In this document: positions 8,785 to 17,788 of the stretch, piece after piece
How the letters are laid out: each line of letters starts with the position of its first letter
Position numbering within the stretch: position 1 is the first letter of the stretch
UHGV virus genome: UHGV-0063983
Length of the DNA: 24,510 nt
Reading direction: 5' to 3' (one strand)
DNA from: a virus
Position numbers and translations under genes: made by a program
The notes under the pieces: generated by a model
What the model saw: only the letters and a program-made list of their open reading frames with translations
Told to the model about the DNA's origin: nothing
Database searches by the model: none

Positions 8785-8951
8785 CATTTAGGCGAAATTT
8801 GTGGGAATTTTCTACAAGTTTATGAGCGAATAATTCATTTTTGATGTGTTAATTTCTTAACAATTTGGGCTTTAATTCTTGTAAAGCAAGACATAACGTT
8901 TATGATTGATAAATATAAAAAATCTGAATAGGCAGGAAAGGAGTTTAACTC

Positions 8952-9467
8952 ATGCCTGGGTTAGAAAATGCACAGCAAAATCAAGTTGATGAAATCGTTC
9001 CAGCAATGCAAATCGCATTGGTCGAAGAAGATATAGAACAACCCATCGCTGCCGAATACCTATACAGCCAGCATATAAGTGCGCTTGTGCCACAATGCCC
9101 TCCTGCCGAAGCGACAGAGTGCGATAGAGAATGCTGGCGTTTTACACTGAATCCTATAAGTCACAACTGCTTTTGGCCTCCAAAAAGAAGATCACCGCAG
9201 CGAATTGCTTCCGACGATGCGGAGGAGTGTTCTATGTGGGCGTTGTCTATGTATGAATCAGAGGCCCAGGCTACAAGAGCCTATACCATGTTAGCGAAGA
9301 AGATGAAAAATATCAGAAAAGCTATTGGTGATCACCTTGCTGTGGGTTCAGTAACCTGTAGTGATGGTAAATGTATGCCTGCTAGCAGAACCGGTCACTT
9401 TGATTTTCATCCTTATGTGGATGCGGATTTCGTTAACGGGTTCCAAGTAATACGAGCATTACCATGA
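8952..9467 (+). CDS. Hypothetical protein, 171 aa (first gene of the accessory operon)
   Basis: ATG at 8952 preceded by AGGAGT at good spacing; AT-rich coding region; no motif I recognise; stop overlaps the next gene start (ATGA). Confidence 0.65.
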   Translation: MPGLENAQQNQVDEIVPAMQIALVEEDIEQPIAAEYLYSQHISALVPQCPPAEATECDRECWRFTLNPISHNCFWPPKRRSPQRIASDDAEECSMWALSMYESEAQATRAYTMLAKKMKNIRKAIGDHLAVGSVTCSDGKCMPASRTGHFDFHPYVDADFVNGFQVIRALP

Positions 9468-10555
9468 TAAAATTAGATGCTAGAAGAATAAATGCGTCAA
9501 CTGTCGGAGATTATTCTTGGTACTCTGACCTCGTATATTTCGATGGTCCCCTAATTTGCTTGTTTAGAGGAAGCGGATATAAAGATGCTCTTTATGTCTG
9601 GCTTGATAATTCGGAGCGTGCCAATCGTTGGTGCTTGATTCCAGTATCAAGATCTACTTTGGACTCTTATCTTAACCAAAGAATGAGTTTAAGGGAGATT
9701 ATACAATCGAGCGAATATACATATATCTGCGATCATTTTGCGAAAACCGGAAGGAAGCACTACAACATTTTGCACGTTGATAGTTTTCCTGAGGAGTATA
9801 TGCCTGATGAAGATTCATATTTGTATGAAGAAATATGTACTGATGATGCATTGCTGTTGAAGCAGGAGCGCACCTCCAGTTATATGCTTGGATTAGATAA
9901 TCAGTTGTTTATAAATGATTTATCTGTAATACCAAAAATTTTCGAACAGCTCTATTCTTTCCATTACGGATTGGCTCATTTAGGACGGTTGTCGATTAGA
10001 AATACCATGTTGCGTCTGATGGGGAATTGGACGGGTGGAATATCAGCAGTAAATATATTTTCAGGGTTGAAAAATGTTATTCCTGTTTTGCATCGACCAG
10101 AGATTAGCTCTCTCCAATACAATTCACCGGGGCATATTGAGTTAAATTTACTTCCTGATTTGGCTCAAAGTGTTCAAGATGCATCTATTCGTGTGAAAAG
10201 TGAGCTAGTTTATGACCGTCTGGAGAAAATGTATAAAAATACATATGCATACTTCAAGGATAATGGGCTGTCAGGCTTTGATGAAGACGGCGGCATTGAA
10301 ATTAGAAATATCGATAGTGATACCACCGAAAACCTACGTAAACGCGTAAGAATATTTTTTAGATGTTTGGGGTGGTCAAGTTATCAAGCTCAGTTTGATC
10401 TGATCGGTGCCCATCCTCTACAACAATTACGTGCTGTGATGGCCTACTACAGGCGGCTCAAAATCTTGCGTGAATACATTGTCTCCGAGAAGCTTTTTGT
10501 TGGTCAGTCTCGGGTGTTACAGCAGCCACAAATTGCTCTGCCTCCTGAGGATTAG
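9464..10555 (+). CDS. Hypothetical protein, 363 aa (second gene of the accessory operon)
   Basis: Long intact ORF, translationally coupled to the upstream gene; AT-rich; no Walker A or other obvious nuclease or ATPase motif found by eye. Confidence 0.7.
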   Translation: MIKLDARRINASTVGDYSWYSDLVYFDGPLICLFRGSGYKDALYVWLDNSERANRWCLIPVSRSTLDSYLNQRMSLREIIQSSEYTYICDHFAKTGRKHYNILHVDSFPEEYMPDEDSYLYEEICTDDALLLKQERTSSYMLGLDNQLFINDLSVIPKIFEQLYSFHYGLAHLGRLSIRNTMLRLMGNWTGGISAVNIFSGLKNVIPVLHRPEISSLQYNSPGHIELNLLPDLAQSVQDASIRVKSELVYDRLEKMYKNTYAYFKDNGLSGFDEDGGIEIRNIDSDTTENLRKRVRIFFRCLGWSSYQAQFDLIGAHPLQQLRAVMAYYRRLKILREYIVSEKLFVGQSRVLQQPQIALPPED

Positions 10556-10680
10556 ATTCTGCGTTATGCTGCATGAATCCGCATGATCGTTTGAGGATCG
10601 TTCTAGATGAGGCCCGTCAGCAATGGCGGGCTTTTGCTAATGTCATGCTGGCGCATGAAAACCACTACATAAAGCGGGCA

Positions 10681-10699
10681 GGCGTGGCGGGGATACGAG
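10681..10699. other. Putative cos (cohesive end) site of the P2/186 type
   Basis: GGCGTGGCGGGGATACGAG: the first 13 nt match my recollection of the 186 cos sequence (GGCGTGGCGGGGAAAGCAT; P2 is GGCGAGGCGGGGAAAGCAC). It lies in a 254-bp non-coding gap on the cos-proximal side of Q. Confidence 0.35.
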
Positions 10700-10809
10700 C
10701 GCGCGCTCATGGTTGAATTAATGAAATTATGGTGTTAAATAGGCTAGCTTTTTAAGTCGTGAATATTCAATTTTTCAACTCATTTTTTTCATAGGGAGGA
10801 GCAATTGAC

Positions 10810-11508
10810 ATGGTTATGTTAGTGGATGACTGTCCACGATGTGGATCACAAAAAATAGCGTTTGATGTTAATGGGCTGAATTGCACTAGGGTTTACAATG
10901 CATTGGGCGGGGGTAAAACATACGAATACGAGGTCTATTGTGTTTGCCGAGAGTGTCATAAAACGACAATGTTTCTTTGCAGACCTTTAACGAAAAATAA
11001 AACTTTAGATGGCTATAATTGGGAAAGTGGAATATTCGGCTTAAAGGAAGTTGCAGAGGTTGTTAGGCCTATATCACCGGCAGACTTAGCAGTAGAGGAG
11101 CCGCCAGAGTTCTTACCTGAGCATATCAATAGTGCATATGAGGAAGGGGCGAAATGTTTGGCTATTGGTTGTTATAATGCAGCAGCAACCATGTTTAGGC
11201 TTTGCCTTGATTATGCAACAAAAGGACTTCTTCCTGATGGGGAGCAAGGGCCTGCGCAAAAAATAAGGAGAAGCCTAGGGTTAAGAATGGATTGGTTATT
11301 TGATAATCATCTATTGCCTGAAGCTTTAAGGGAACTAGCTGAATGCGTTAAAGATGACGGAAATGATGGAGCGCATGAAGGTATTTTGGATAAAGCTGCT
11401 GCTGAGGATCTTGAAGATTTTACCTATCTTTTTTTAGAACGGCTTTACACTGAACCTCAACGCCTTATCGAAGCCAAGACAAGGCGTGAACAAAGAAGAA
11501 ACAAATAA
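10810..11508 (+). CDS. Zinc-ribbon protein with C-terminal DUF4145-like helical domain (232 aa)
   Basis: N-terminal CPRCGSQK...CVCRECHK (CxxC...CxxC zinc ribbon). C-terminal region (AAATMFRLCLDYATKGLL...LRELAECVKDDGNDGAHEGILD) resembles the [RK]-x2-GN-x2-AH signature I associate with DUF4145. GGGAGGA ribosome-binding site; AT-rich. Confidence 0.65.
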   Translation: MVMLVDDCPRCGSQKIAFDVNGLNCTRVYNALGGGKTYEYEVYCVCRECHKTTMFLCRPLTKNKTLDGYNWESGIFGLKEVAEVVRPISPADLAVEEPPEFLPEHINSAYEEGAKCLAIGCYNAAATMFRLCLDYATKGLLPDGEQGPAQKIRRSLGLRMDWLFDNHLLPEALRELAECVKDDGNDGAHEGILDKAAAEDLEDFTYLFLERLYTEPQRLIEAKTRREQRRNK

Positions 11509-11516
11509 GTTCGGAA

Positions 11517-12554
11517 TTATTCTTCTGAAAGAATATAGGGCGTAAATTTAATCACTTCTTCGCCCAGCCAGTCGTTCAGCTCTTGTAGCCTTTTTTGCAA
11601 GGGCGTTAATTCATTACGTACAAATACGCGACTGGCCTTCTCCACATCCCCAAAACCCCCAACATTATTCGGCAAAATTCCCATCATCTGGGGCGGTACG
11701 CGGTGCGCCGCCATCATGTCATCACGGCTGACGTTCTTGATGTTCAGAAATTCATCCTTCGCTGCGACTTCTGACAACGGGATAATCTGAAGTCCGTCTT
11801 TTTTACCATTAGGCGAGTACATAAACAGATTGCGGAAGTTACCCGGACCTTTGGCGCTTTTCATTGCGTTGCGGAGGTTGTTCACATCCTCCTGGTTCTG
11901 CGCGGCATCGGTCATATACATGATGAAGCCAGCATGACTGCCATTGATGTAATATTTACGGCGGAACAGCGTGGCGGACTCGTTGAGCAGGGCTGACGGA
12001 ATGGCAGAAAGATAACCGGGCAGGCCGTAGATCTCCTGGTTGATGTCCGGTTCTATCAGATGAAAGATGCAGCCTTTCGTGAACTGATACGGCTGCGTGG
12101 TCATGCCGTATTGCACAAACCAGTAGGTATCCAGGTCTAAACCGCGTCGGGTGTATTTTGCCAGCGCAGGTTCAAGGGTGATAACTTCACCGAAGCGGTT
12201 CGTGCGTTTCTCCAGGTAGGCGTTACCAAATACCAGATAGTCCTGCACAAAACGTGAAAAAGCCTGCTGGCTGAGCAGCGGGTGAGGGATGTAGGTGCTG
12301 GTCAGAATGTTGCATTTCACCGCAATCGGTGAGCTGTGATGCACGGCGGCGCGGAAGGTTCGCGCCAGTCCGTCGAAACTCACAGGCGGCTCATACCAGC
12401 GATCCATCTGTACGCATTCCACATAGTCCAGCAGTTCACGGCGGTCCAGAACAGGAACGGGATCGCCAAAGCTGAATGCTTCGGCTGAAGTTTGGCTTTT
12501 ATGCTGGATCTGGTTCGTCGACGCAGCGCGGTTCTTCTTACTCTTTCCCATCAA
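11517..12554 (-). CDS. Q: Portal protein (P2 gpQ)
   Basis: 345 aa, immediately downstream of and overlapping (ATGA) the large terminase on the minus strand, matching P2 gene order and gpQ size. Confidence 0.85.
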   Translation of the reverse strand: MMGKSKKNRAASTNQIQHKSQTSAEAFSFGDPVPVLDRRELLDYVECVQMDRWYEPPVSFDGLARTFRAAVHHSSPIAVKCNILTSTYIPHPLLSQQAFSRFVQDYLVFGNAYLEKRTNRFGEVITLEPALAKYTRRGLDLDTYWFVQYGMTTQPYQFTKGCIFHLIEPDINQEIYGLPGYLSAIPSALLNESATLFRRKYYINGSHAGFIMYMTDAAQNQEDVNNLRNAMKSAKGPGNFRNLFMYSPNGKKDGLQIIPLSEVAAKDEFLNIKNVSRDDMMAAHRVPPQMMGILPNNVGGFGDVEKASRVFVRNELTPLQKRLQELNDWLGEEVIKFTPYILSEE

Positions 12555-14317
12555 AAAATCTCCACAATATTGCTGGTATTGGCGGACTCGCCCTGCAGCG
12601 GTTCGTTAAACAGTGCGTGCATTGTTGCCCAGGCTAGATCGGCATGGCTGGCTTCTTCACTGCGGCTGGCTTCATAGGTCGGGCGGTTGCCACTGGCGGT
12701 GGTGGCGCGACGGATTGCCATAAATGACTGCGCGATGTCGGTATGCCCGGCGTCAAACTCCAGACGGCGGTGGCTGATAATGTCGTAGGCCTTGAGTACC
12801 AGGGCGTTTTTAACGTTGGGGTTGTAGACAAACTCCCGGACGGCAGGAAAGAACGCTTTCACGTTCTCATAAACACCGTGACCGACACCTGTCGAGTCGA
12901 TGCCGATATAGGTCACGTTGTACTGTTCGGTCAGTTTTTTGATGGCGTCAGCCTGGGCGCGGAAGTCCATCCCGCGCCACTGGTGACGCTCAAGAATGCG
13001 AAACTTACCGCCAGGCACGGCTGGCGGTGCCACCACCACGCATCCGGCGCTGTCGCCGTTCTGCGTACCTTTTGCCGGGTCATAACCGATCCACACTTCG
13101 CGCCAGCCAAACGGGCGCAGGGCCAGAGCATGAAAGTCGGTCCAGACTTCCCAACTGTCCACCATGCACGCCTGCAGCTCGCTGAGCGGAAACACGGACG
13201 CGAGATCGTCCACAAACTCGCACATCAGCAGGTTCTGGTATTCGTCCGGGCTGTACTCCATGCGCAACTGGTCAAGGTCGAACAGGTTACAGCCGCCGCG
13301 CACCGCATCTTCCACGGTGACTATCTGGCGGTATTGCCCGTCTGCGCACAGCAGGCCGGGGGCCAGATTGCTGTGGGACAGGTCGATGTCCACCTTATCG
13401 GCTTTGTTGCGCCCACGGTTGAACAGCGCACCGGACCAGAACGGATAAGCACTGTGTGTCAGACTGGATGGCGTGGAAAAATAGGTCTGTCGCCATTTCT
13501 TGTGAATAGCCATACCGGAAGCCACTTTGCGCAGCTCCTGGAATTTCGGTATCCAGAAATATTCATCCAGATACAGGTTGCCGTGGTAACTCTGGGCCGT
13601 GCGGGCATTGGTGCCGAGGAAGTACAGCGTGGCCCCGTTAGGAAGCACCATCGGATCGCCTTTCAGCTCCACCTCCACTTCTTTGGCGAAGTCGATGATG
13701 TACTGCTTAAAGACGTGGGCCTGTGCCTTGCTGGCGGAAAGGAAAATCTGGTTACGCCCGGTTAGCAGGGCGTCAATCAGGGCTTCACGGGCAAAATAGA
13801 AGGTCGCGCCGATCTGGCGTGACTTCAGCAGGTTGCGGATGCGGTTGGTTTTTCCGGCTTCCCACCAGTGGCGCTGGTAGTTGAACATGGAGGAATGGAA
13901 GATTTCTTCCAGCTTCTCAATCTGTTCATCGGTGAAAACGTTCTTTTCCGGCTGACGGCGCGGGCCTTTGTTGCGGTTGGCGACGTTAGGGTTTAAGTCG
14001 GCTTCGTTGCCGCCGTTGTTAAACTTGCCGATCCGCGCATGGCGCTCCGACTGGCGCGCCAGCAGGTCAATCTCTTTGAAATCTTTCCCTTCTTTGTGCT
14101 CCTTCATAATGAGCTGGCAGTAGCGTGCGGCGGTGGTGAGCTGCATCTGATCCAGCGGCCCATAGTCACTCCACTTGTCGCGTTTTTTCCAGCTGTGAAC
14201 GGTTGCAACTTTCTCGCCCAGCATTTCAGCAATGCGGGCTACGCGGTATCCCTGAAAGTACAGCAGCATGGCCTGCCGACGGGGATCGAGATCTGCGGGT
14301 GTCAGTGTGGTGTTCAT
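12551..14317 (-). CDS. P: Terminase large (ATPase) subunit (P2 gpP)
   Basis: 588 aa, divergent from the capsid operon; size and position match P2 gpP. Confidence 0.85.
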   Translation of the reverse strand: MNTTLTPADLDPRRQAMLLYFQGYRVARIAEMLGEKVATVHSWKKRDKWSDYGPLDQMQLTTAARYCQLIMKEHKEGKDFKEIDLLARQSERHARIGKFNNGGNEADLNPNVANRNKGPRRQPEKNVFTDEQIEKLEEIFHSSMFNYQRHWWEAGKTNRIRNLLKSRQIGATFYFAREALIDALLTGRNQIFLSASKAQAHVFKQYIIDFAKEVEVELKGDPMVLPNGATLYFLGTNARTAQSYHGNLYLDEYFWIPKFQELRKVASGMAIHKKWRQTYFSTPSSLTHSAYPFWSGALFNRGRNKADKVDIDLSHSNLAPGLLCADGQYRQIVTVEDAVRGGCNLFDLDQLRMEYSPDEYQNLLMCEFVDDLASVFPLSELQACMVDSWEVWTDFHALALRPFGWREVWIGYDPAKGTQNGDSAGCVVVAPPAVPGGKFRILERHQWRGMDFRAQADAIKKLTEQYNVTYIGIDSTGVGHGVYENVKAFFPAVREFVYNPNVKNALVLKAYDIISHRRLEFDAGHTDIAQSFMAIRRATTASGNRPTYEASRSEEASHADLAWATMHALFNEPLQGESANTSNIVEIF

Positions 14318-14363
14318 GGCACAAACCTACAGCCTTGAATGAAGGCTTTCCCCGCCTGCGGTT

Positions 14364-14381
14364 TGTGTGGTTGTCGGTACA
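14364..14381. promoter_or_regulatory. Late-promoter activator site (TGT-N12-ACA) in the divergent P/O control region
   Basis: TGTgtggttgtcggtACA has exactly 12 nt between TGT and ACA, the motif bound by Ogr/B/Delta-family late activators in P2-like phages; it is the only such site between the P and O starts. Confidence 0.5.
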
Positions 14382-14459
14382 AATACCGCGCATTGTTTCA
14401 CTGCCCCTATCACCGCAACCATAAGGCTCCAGTAAGTTTTTTCTAACGGAGCACGGCTC

Positions 14460-15293
14460 ATGACAGTGAAAGCAAAGCGTTTTCGCATCGGGGTGGAAGG
14501 TGCCACCACCGACGGACGCGAAATCCAGCGTGAATGGCTGGAACAGATGGCAGCCAGCTATAACCCGGCGGTGTATACCGCGCTGATTAACCTTGAGCAC
14601 ATCAAGTCTTATCTGCCGGACAGCACCTTTAACCGCTACGGCAAGGTGACGGCGCTGTTTGCTGAAGAAATCACGGAAGGTCCGCTGGCAGGCAAGATGG
14701 CGCTGTATGCTGACGTTGAGCCAACGGAGTCCCTGGTGGAACTGGTGAAAAAAGGCCAGAAATTATTCACCTCTATGGAAGTCAGCCCGAAGTTCGCTGA
14801 TACGGGCAAAGCCTACCTGGTCGGCCTGGCTGCCACTGATGACCCTGCCAGTCTGGGTACGGAAATGCTGACATTCAGCGCCAGTGCAGCCCATAACCCG
14901 TTGGCAAACCGCAAGCAGAATCCTGCCAATCTCTTTACCGCTGCAGAGGAAACGGTGATCGAACTGGAAGAAATCCAGGACGACAAACCGTCCCTGTTTG
15001 CCCGCGTCACGGCGCTGTTTACCAAAAAAGAGCAGTCCGATGACGCCCGGTTCTCTGATGTGCATAAGGCCGTGGAGCTGGTCGCCACTGAGCAGCAAAA
15101 CCTGAGCGCACGCACCGAAAAATCCCTGTCTGAGCAGGAAGAACGCCTGTCTGAGCTGGAGACTGCCCTGCAGGCACAGCAGACCGCCTTTAACGAACTG
15201 GTGAATAAGCTGAGTCATGAAGACAGCCGCCAGGACTACCGCCAGCGTGCAACAGGCGGTAACGCCCCCGCTGACACTCTGACCAATTGCTGA
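14460..15293 (+). CDS. O: Capsid scaffolding protein (P2 gpO)
   Basis: 277 aa, first gene of the rightward capsid operon; acidic and coiled-coil-rich C-terminal half. Confidence 0.85.
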   Translation: MTVKAKRFRIGVEGATTDGREIQREWLEQMAASYNPAVYTALINLEHIKSYLPDSTFNRYGKVTALFAEEITEGPLAGKMALYADVEPTESLVELVKKGQKLFTSMEVSPKFADTGKAYLVGLAATDDPASLGTEMLTFSASAAHNPLANRKQNPANLFTAAEETVIELEEIQDDKPSLFARVTALFTKKEQSDDARFSDVHKAVELVATEQQNLSARTEKSLSEQEERLSELETALQAQQTAFNELVNKLSHEDSRQDYRQRATGGNAPADTLTNC

Positions 15294-15309
15294 TGGAGCA
15301 CAAAACCTG

Positions 15310-16368
15310 ATGAAGAAGAATACCCGCTTTGCTTTTAACGCTTACCTGCAGCAGCTGGCGCGTCTGAACGGTGTGGCAGTTGAAGAACTGTCCAGCAAGT
15401 TCACTGTGGAGCCGTCTGTGCAGCAGACGCTGGAAGACCAGATCCAGCAGTCCGCCGCTTTCCTGACGCTGATTAATGTCACCCCAGTGACTGAGCAGTC
15501 CGGTCAGCTGCTGGGGCTGGGTGTTGGCAGCACCATTGCCGGAACCACTGACACCACCGCGAAAGAGCGTGAACCTGTCGATCCGACGCTGATGGTCGAT
15601 GTGGAATATAAATGCGAGCAGACCAACTTTGACACGGTGCTGACCTACGCGAAGCTGGACCTGTGGGCGAAGTTTCAGGATTTCCAGGTGCGTATCCGTG
15701 ACGCCATCGTGAAACGTCAGGCACTGGACCGCATCATGATCGGCTTTAACGGCGTGAAGCGTGCGAAAAACTCCAACCGCAGCGAAAACCCGCTGCTGCA
15801 GGATGTTAACAAAGGCTGGTTGCAGAAAATCCGTGAAGATGCACCGGATCACGTCATGGGCAGCACCACCACGGGCGGCGAAACCACTCCGGGTGCGGTG
15901 AAAGTCGGGAAAGGTGGCGAATATGCCAACCTGGACGCTGTGGTGATGGATGCCGTCAATGAGCTTATCGACGTGGTTTACCAGGACGATGACGATCTGG
16001 TGGTGATTTGCGGTCGTGAACTGCTGTCTGACAAGTATTTCCCGCTGGTCAACAAAGAGCAGGAGAACAGTGAAAAACTGGCTGCAGATATGATCATCAG
16101 CCAGAAACGCATGGGTGGCCTGCAGGCCGTGCGTGCGCCGTTCTTCCCGCCGAATGCGCTGCTGATCACCCGTCTGGATAACCTGTCCATCTACTGGCAG
16201 GAAGACACCCGCCGCCGTTCAGTTATCGACAACCCGAAACGTGACCGGATTGAAAACTTTGAATCCGTTAACGAAGCCTATGTGGTTGAGGACTACCGCT
16301 GCGCCGCACTGGTGGAAAACATCCAGATTGGTGACTTCAGCGCCGCCGCAGCAGAAACCGGAGCGTAA
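15310..16368 (+). CDS. N: Major capsid protein (P2 gpN)
   Basis: 352 aa following O; size and position match gpN. Confidence 0.85.
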   Translation: MKKNTRFAFNAYLQQLARLNGVAVEELSSKFTVEPSVQQTLEDQIQQSAAFLTLINVTPVTEQSGQLLGLGVGSTIAGTTDTTAKEREPVDPTLMVDVEYKCEQTNFDTVLTYAKLDLWAKFQDFQVRIRDAIVKRQALDRIMIGFNGVKRAKNSNRSENPLLQDVNKGWLQKIREDAPDHVMGSTTTGGETTPGAVKVGKGGEYANLDAVVMDAVNELIDVVYQDDDDLVVICGRELLSDKYFPLVNKEQENSEKLAADMIISQKRMGGLQAVRAPFFPPNALLITRLDNLSIYWQEDTRRRSVIDNPKRDRIENFESVNEAYVVEDYRCAALVENIQIGDFSAAAAETGA

Positions 16369-16371
16369 TTC

Positions 16372-17022
16372 ATGAGCCTGAGTCCCGCACGGCAGCATCG
16401 CCTGCGCGTTCAGGCTGAACAGGCCGCCCGCGAGGGTGGCAGTGTTCGCCACGCGTCGGGCTATGACCTGATGCTGCTGCAACTGGCGGAAGACCGCCGC
16501 CGTCTCAAGGGCGTTCAGTCCACGGTCAAAAAAGCGGAAATCAAGGTGGAGCTGCTGCCGAAGTACGCCGCCTGGGCGGAGGGCGTCCTGGCTGCCGGAG
16601 GCGCTCAACAGGATGACGTGCTGATGTACGTGATGCTGTGGCGCATTGATGCCGGAGATTATGCCGGGGCGCTGGAGATCGGGCGTCATGCCCTGCGTCA
16701 TGGCTGGGTGATGCCGCTGGGTAACCGCAACGTGCAGACCGTGCTGGCAGAGGAAATGGCAGATGCAGCGCAGAGCGCAATGCTTGCCGCCACCGACTTT
16801 GATGCCGATCTGTTGCTGCAGACGCTGGAGCTGACAGACGGTCTGGATATGCCGGACCAGTCACGGGCGCGTCTGCATAAAGCGATTGGCGCTGTCCTGA
16901 GTGAAAGCAATCCGGCTTCCGCCCTTAATCATCTCAACCATGCGTTACAGCTCGATCCCCGCTGTGGCGTGAAAAAAGACAAACAGCAGCTGGAGCGCAG
17001 ACTGCGCAATGACAGCCGCTGA
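16372..17022 (+). CDS. M: Terminase small / endonuclease subunit (P2 gpM)
   Basis: 216 aa; the VMLWRIDAGDYAGALEIGRHAL segment resembles P2 gpM (MLWRLDTGDIAGALEIARYAL as I recall it). Confidence 0.8.
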   Translation: MSLSPARQHRLRVQAEQAAREGGSVRHASGYDLMLLQLAEDRRRLKGVQSTVKKAEIKVELLPKYAAWAEGVLAAGGAQQDDVLMYVMLWRIDAGDYAGALEIGRHALRHGWVMPLGNRNVQTVLAEEMADAAQSAMLAATDFDADLLLQTLELTDGLDMPDQSRARLHKAIGAVLSESNPASALNHLNHALQLDPRCGVKKDKQQLERRLRNDSR

Positions 17023-17117
17023 CAGAACGTGCCCCCGCGCACGGGCGGCACGGGGTGGCGAAAGGCACTGCCACATCAAAATCCCGTCCACCGCCCTCTA
17101 TTTCAGGAGAAAGCAGC

Positions 17118-17582
17118 ATGAAGTTTGTTGCGCCAGAACAGGCACCGGAACAGGCGGAAATCATCAGAAATACGCCGTTCTGGCCTGATGTGGACCTGTC
17201 GGAGTTTCGCTGTGTCATGCGCACTGACGGCACGGTGACGCAGCCGCGTTTAAAGCAGGTTGCGCTGTCGGCAATTTCGGAGGTCAACGCAGAGCTGTAT
17301 GAGTTTCGCAGACGTCAGCAGATGCTGGGATATGCCTCGCTGGCAGAGGTTCCGGCGGAACAGCTGGACGGCAAAAGTGAGCGCATTCATCACTATTTCA
17401 ACGCGGTTTACTGCTGGGCACGCGCCATGCTCAACGAGCGTTATCAGGACTATGACGCCACGGCATCCGGTGTGAAGCGGGGCGAGGAACTGGCGGAAGC
17501 AAGCGGTGATTTGTGGCGTGACGCCCGCTGGGCCATCAGCCGGGTGCAGGATGCGCCGCACTGCACAGTGGAGCTTATCTGA
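17118..17582 (+). CDS. L: Head completion/stabilisation protein (P2 gpL)
   Basis: ATG at 17118 preceded by CAGGAGA; about 154 aa in the gpL position. The ORF-track start at 17055 is an upstream extension. Confidence 0.75.
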   Translation: MKFVAPEQAPEQAEIIRNTPFWPDVDLSEFRCVMRTDGTVTQPRLKQVALSAISEVNAELYEFRRRQQMLGYASLAEVPAEQLDGKSERIHHYFNAVYCWARAMLNERYQDYDATASGVKRGEELAEASGDLWRDARWAISRVQDAPHCTVELI

Positions 17583-17785
17583 TGAAAGTGCGTGCGCATC
17601 AGTATGACACGGTGGACGCGCTTTGCTGGCGTCATTACGGGCGCACGCAGGGTGTCACGGAGCAGGTACTGAAGGCAAATCCGGGGCTTGCCGAATACGG
17701 CCCCTTTTTACCTCACGGGCTGCAGGTGGAGCTGCCGGACATTCCGACAACCACCACCGTGCAGACCGTCCAGCTATGGGACTGA
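17582..17785 (+). CDS. X: Tail protein X (P2 gpX)
   Basis: 67 aa, overlapping the L stop; size and position match gpX. Confidence 0.75.
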   Translation: MKVRAHQYDTVDALCWRHYGRTQGVTEQVLKANPGLAEYGPFLPHGLQVELPDIPTTTTVQTVQLWD

Positions 17786-17788
17786 ATT

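Noticed and set aside
8692-8950. Possible retron-like non-coding RNA (inverted repeat at 8759-8784 upstream of the cargo operon)
   Set aside because: Neither cargo protein resembles a reverse transcriptase and only a single simple hairpin is present; more likely a terminator or regulatory hairpin.
12743-13765. 340-aa ORF on the plus strand
   Set aside because: Entirely antisense to the terminase large subunit gene; the translation is low-complexity and rich in Val/Ala/Gly/His, as expected for the reverse frame of a GC-rich gene, and it has no ribosome-binding site.
15190-15852. 220-aa ORF on the minus strand (and similar antisense ORFs at 14763-15218, 16219-16701, 19743-20300, 22182-22769, 23234-23770)
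   Set aside because: All lie wholly inside well-supported capsid, tail or baseplate genes on the opposite strand, with Arg/Cys/Gln-rich junk translations; these are shadow ORFs.
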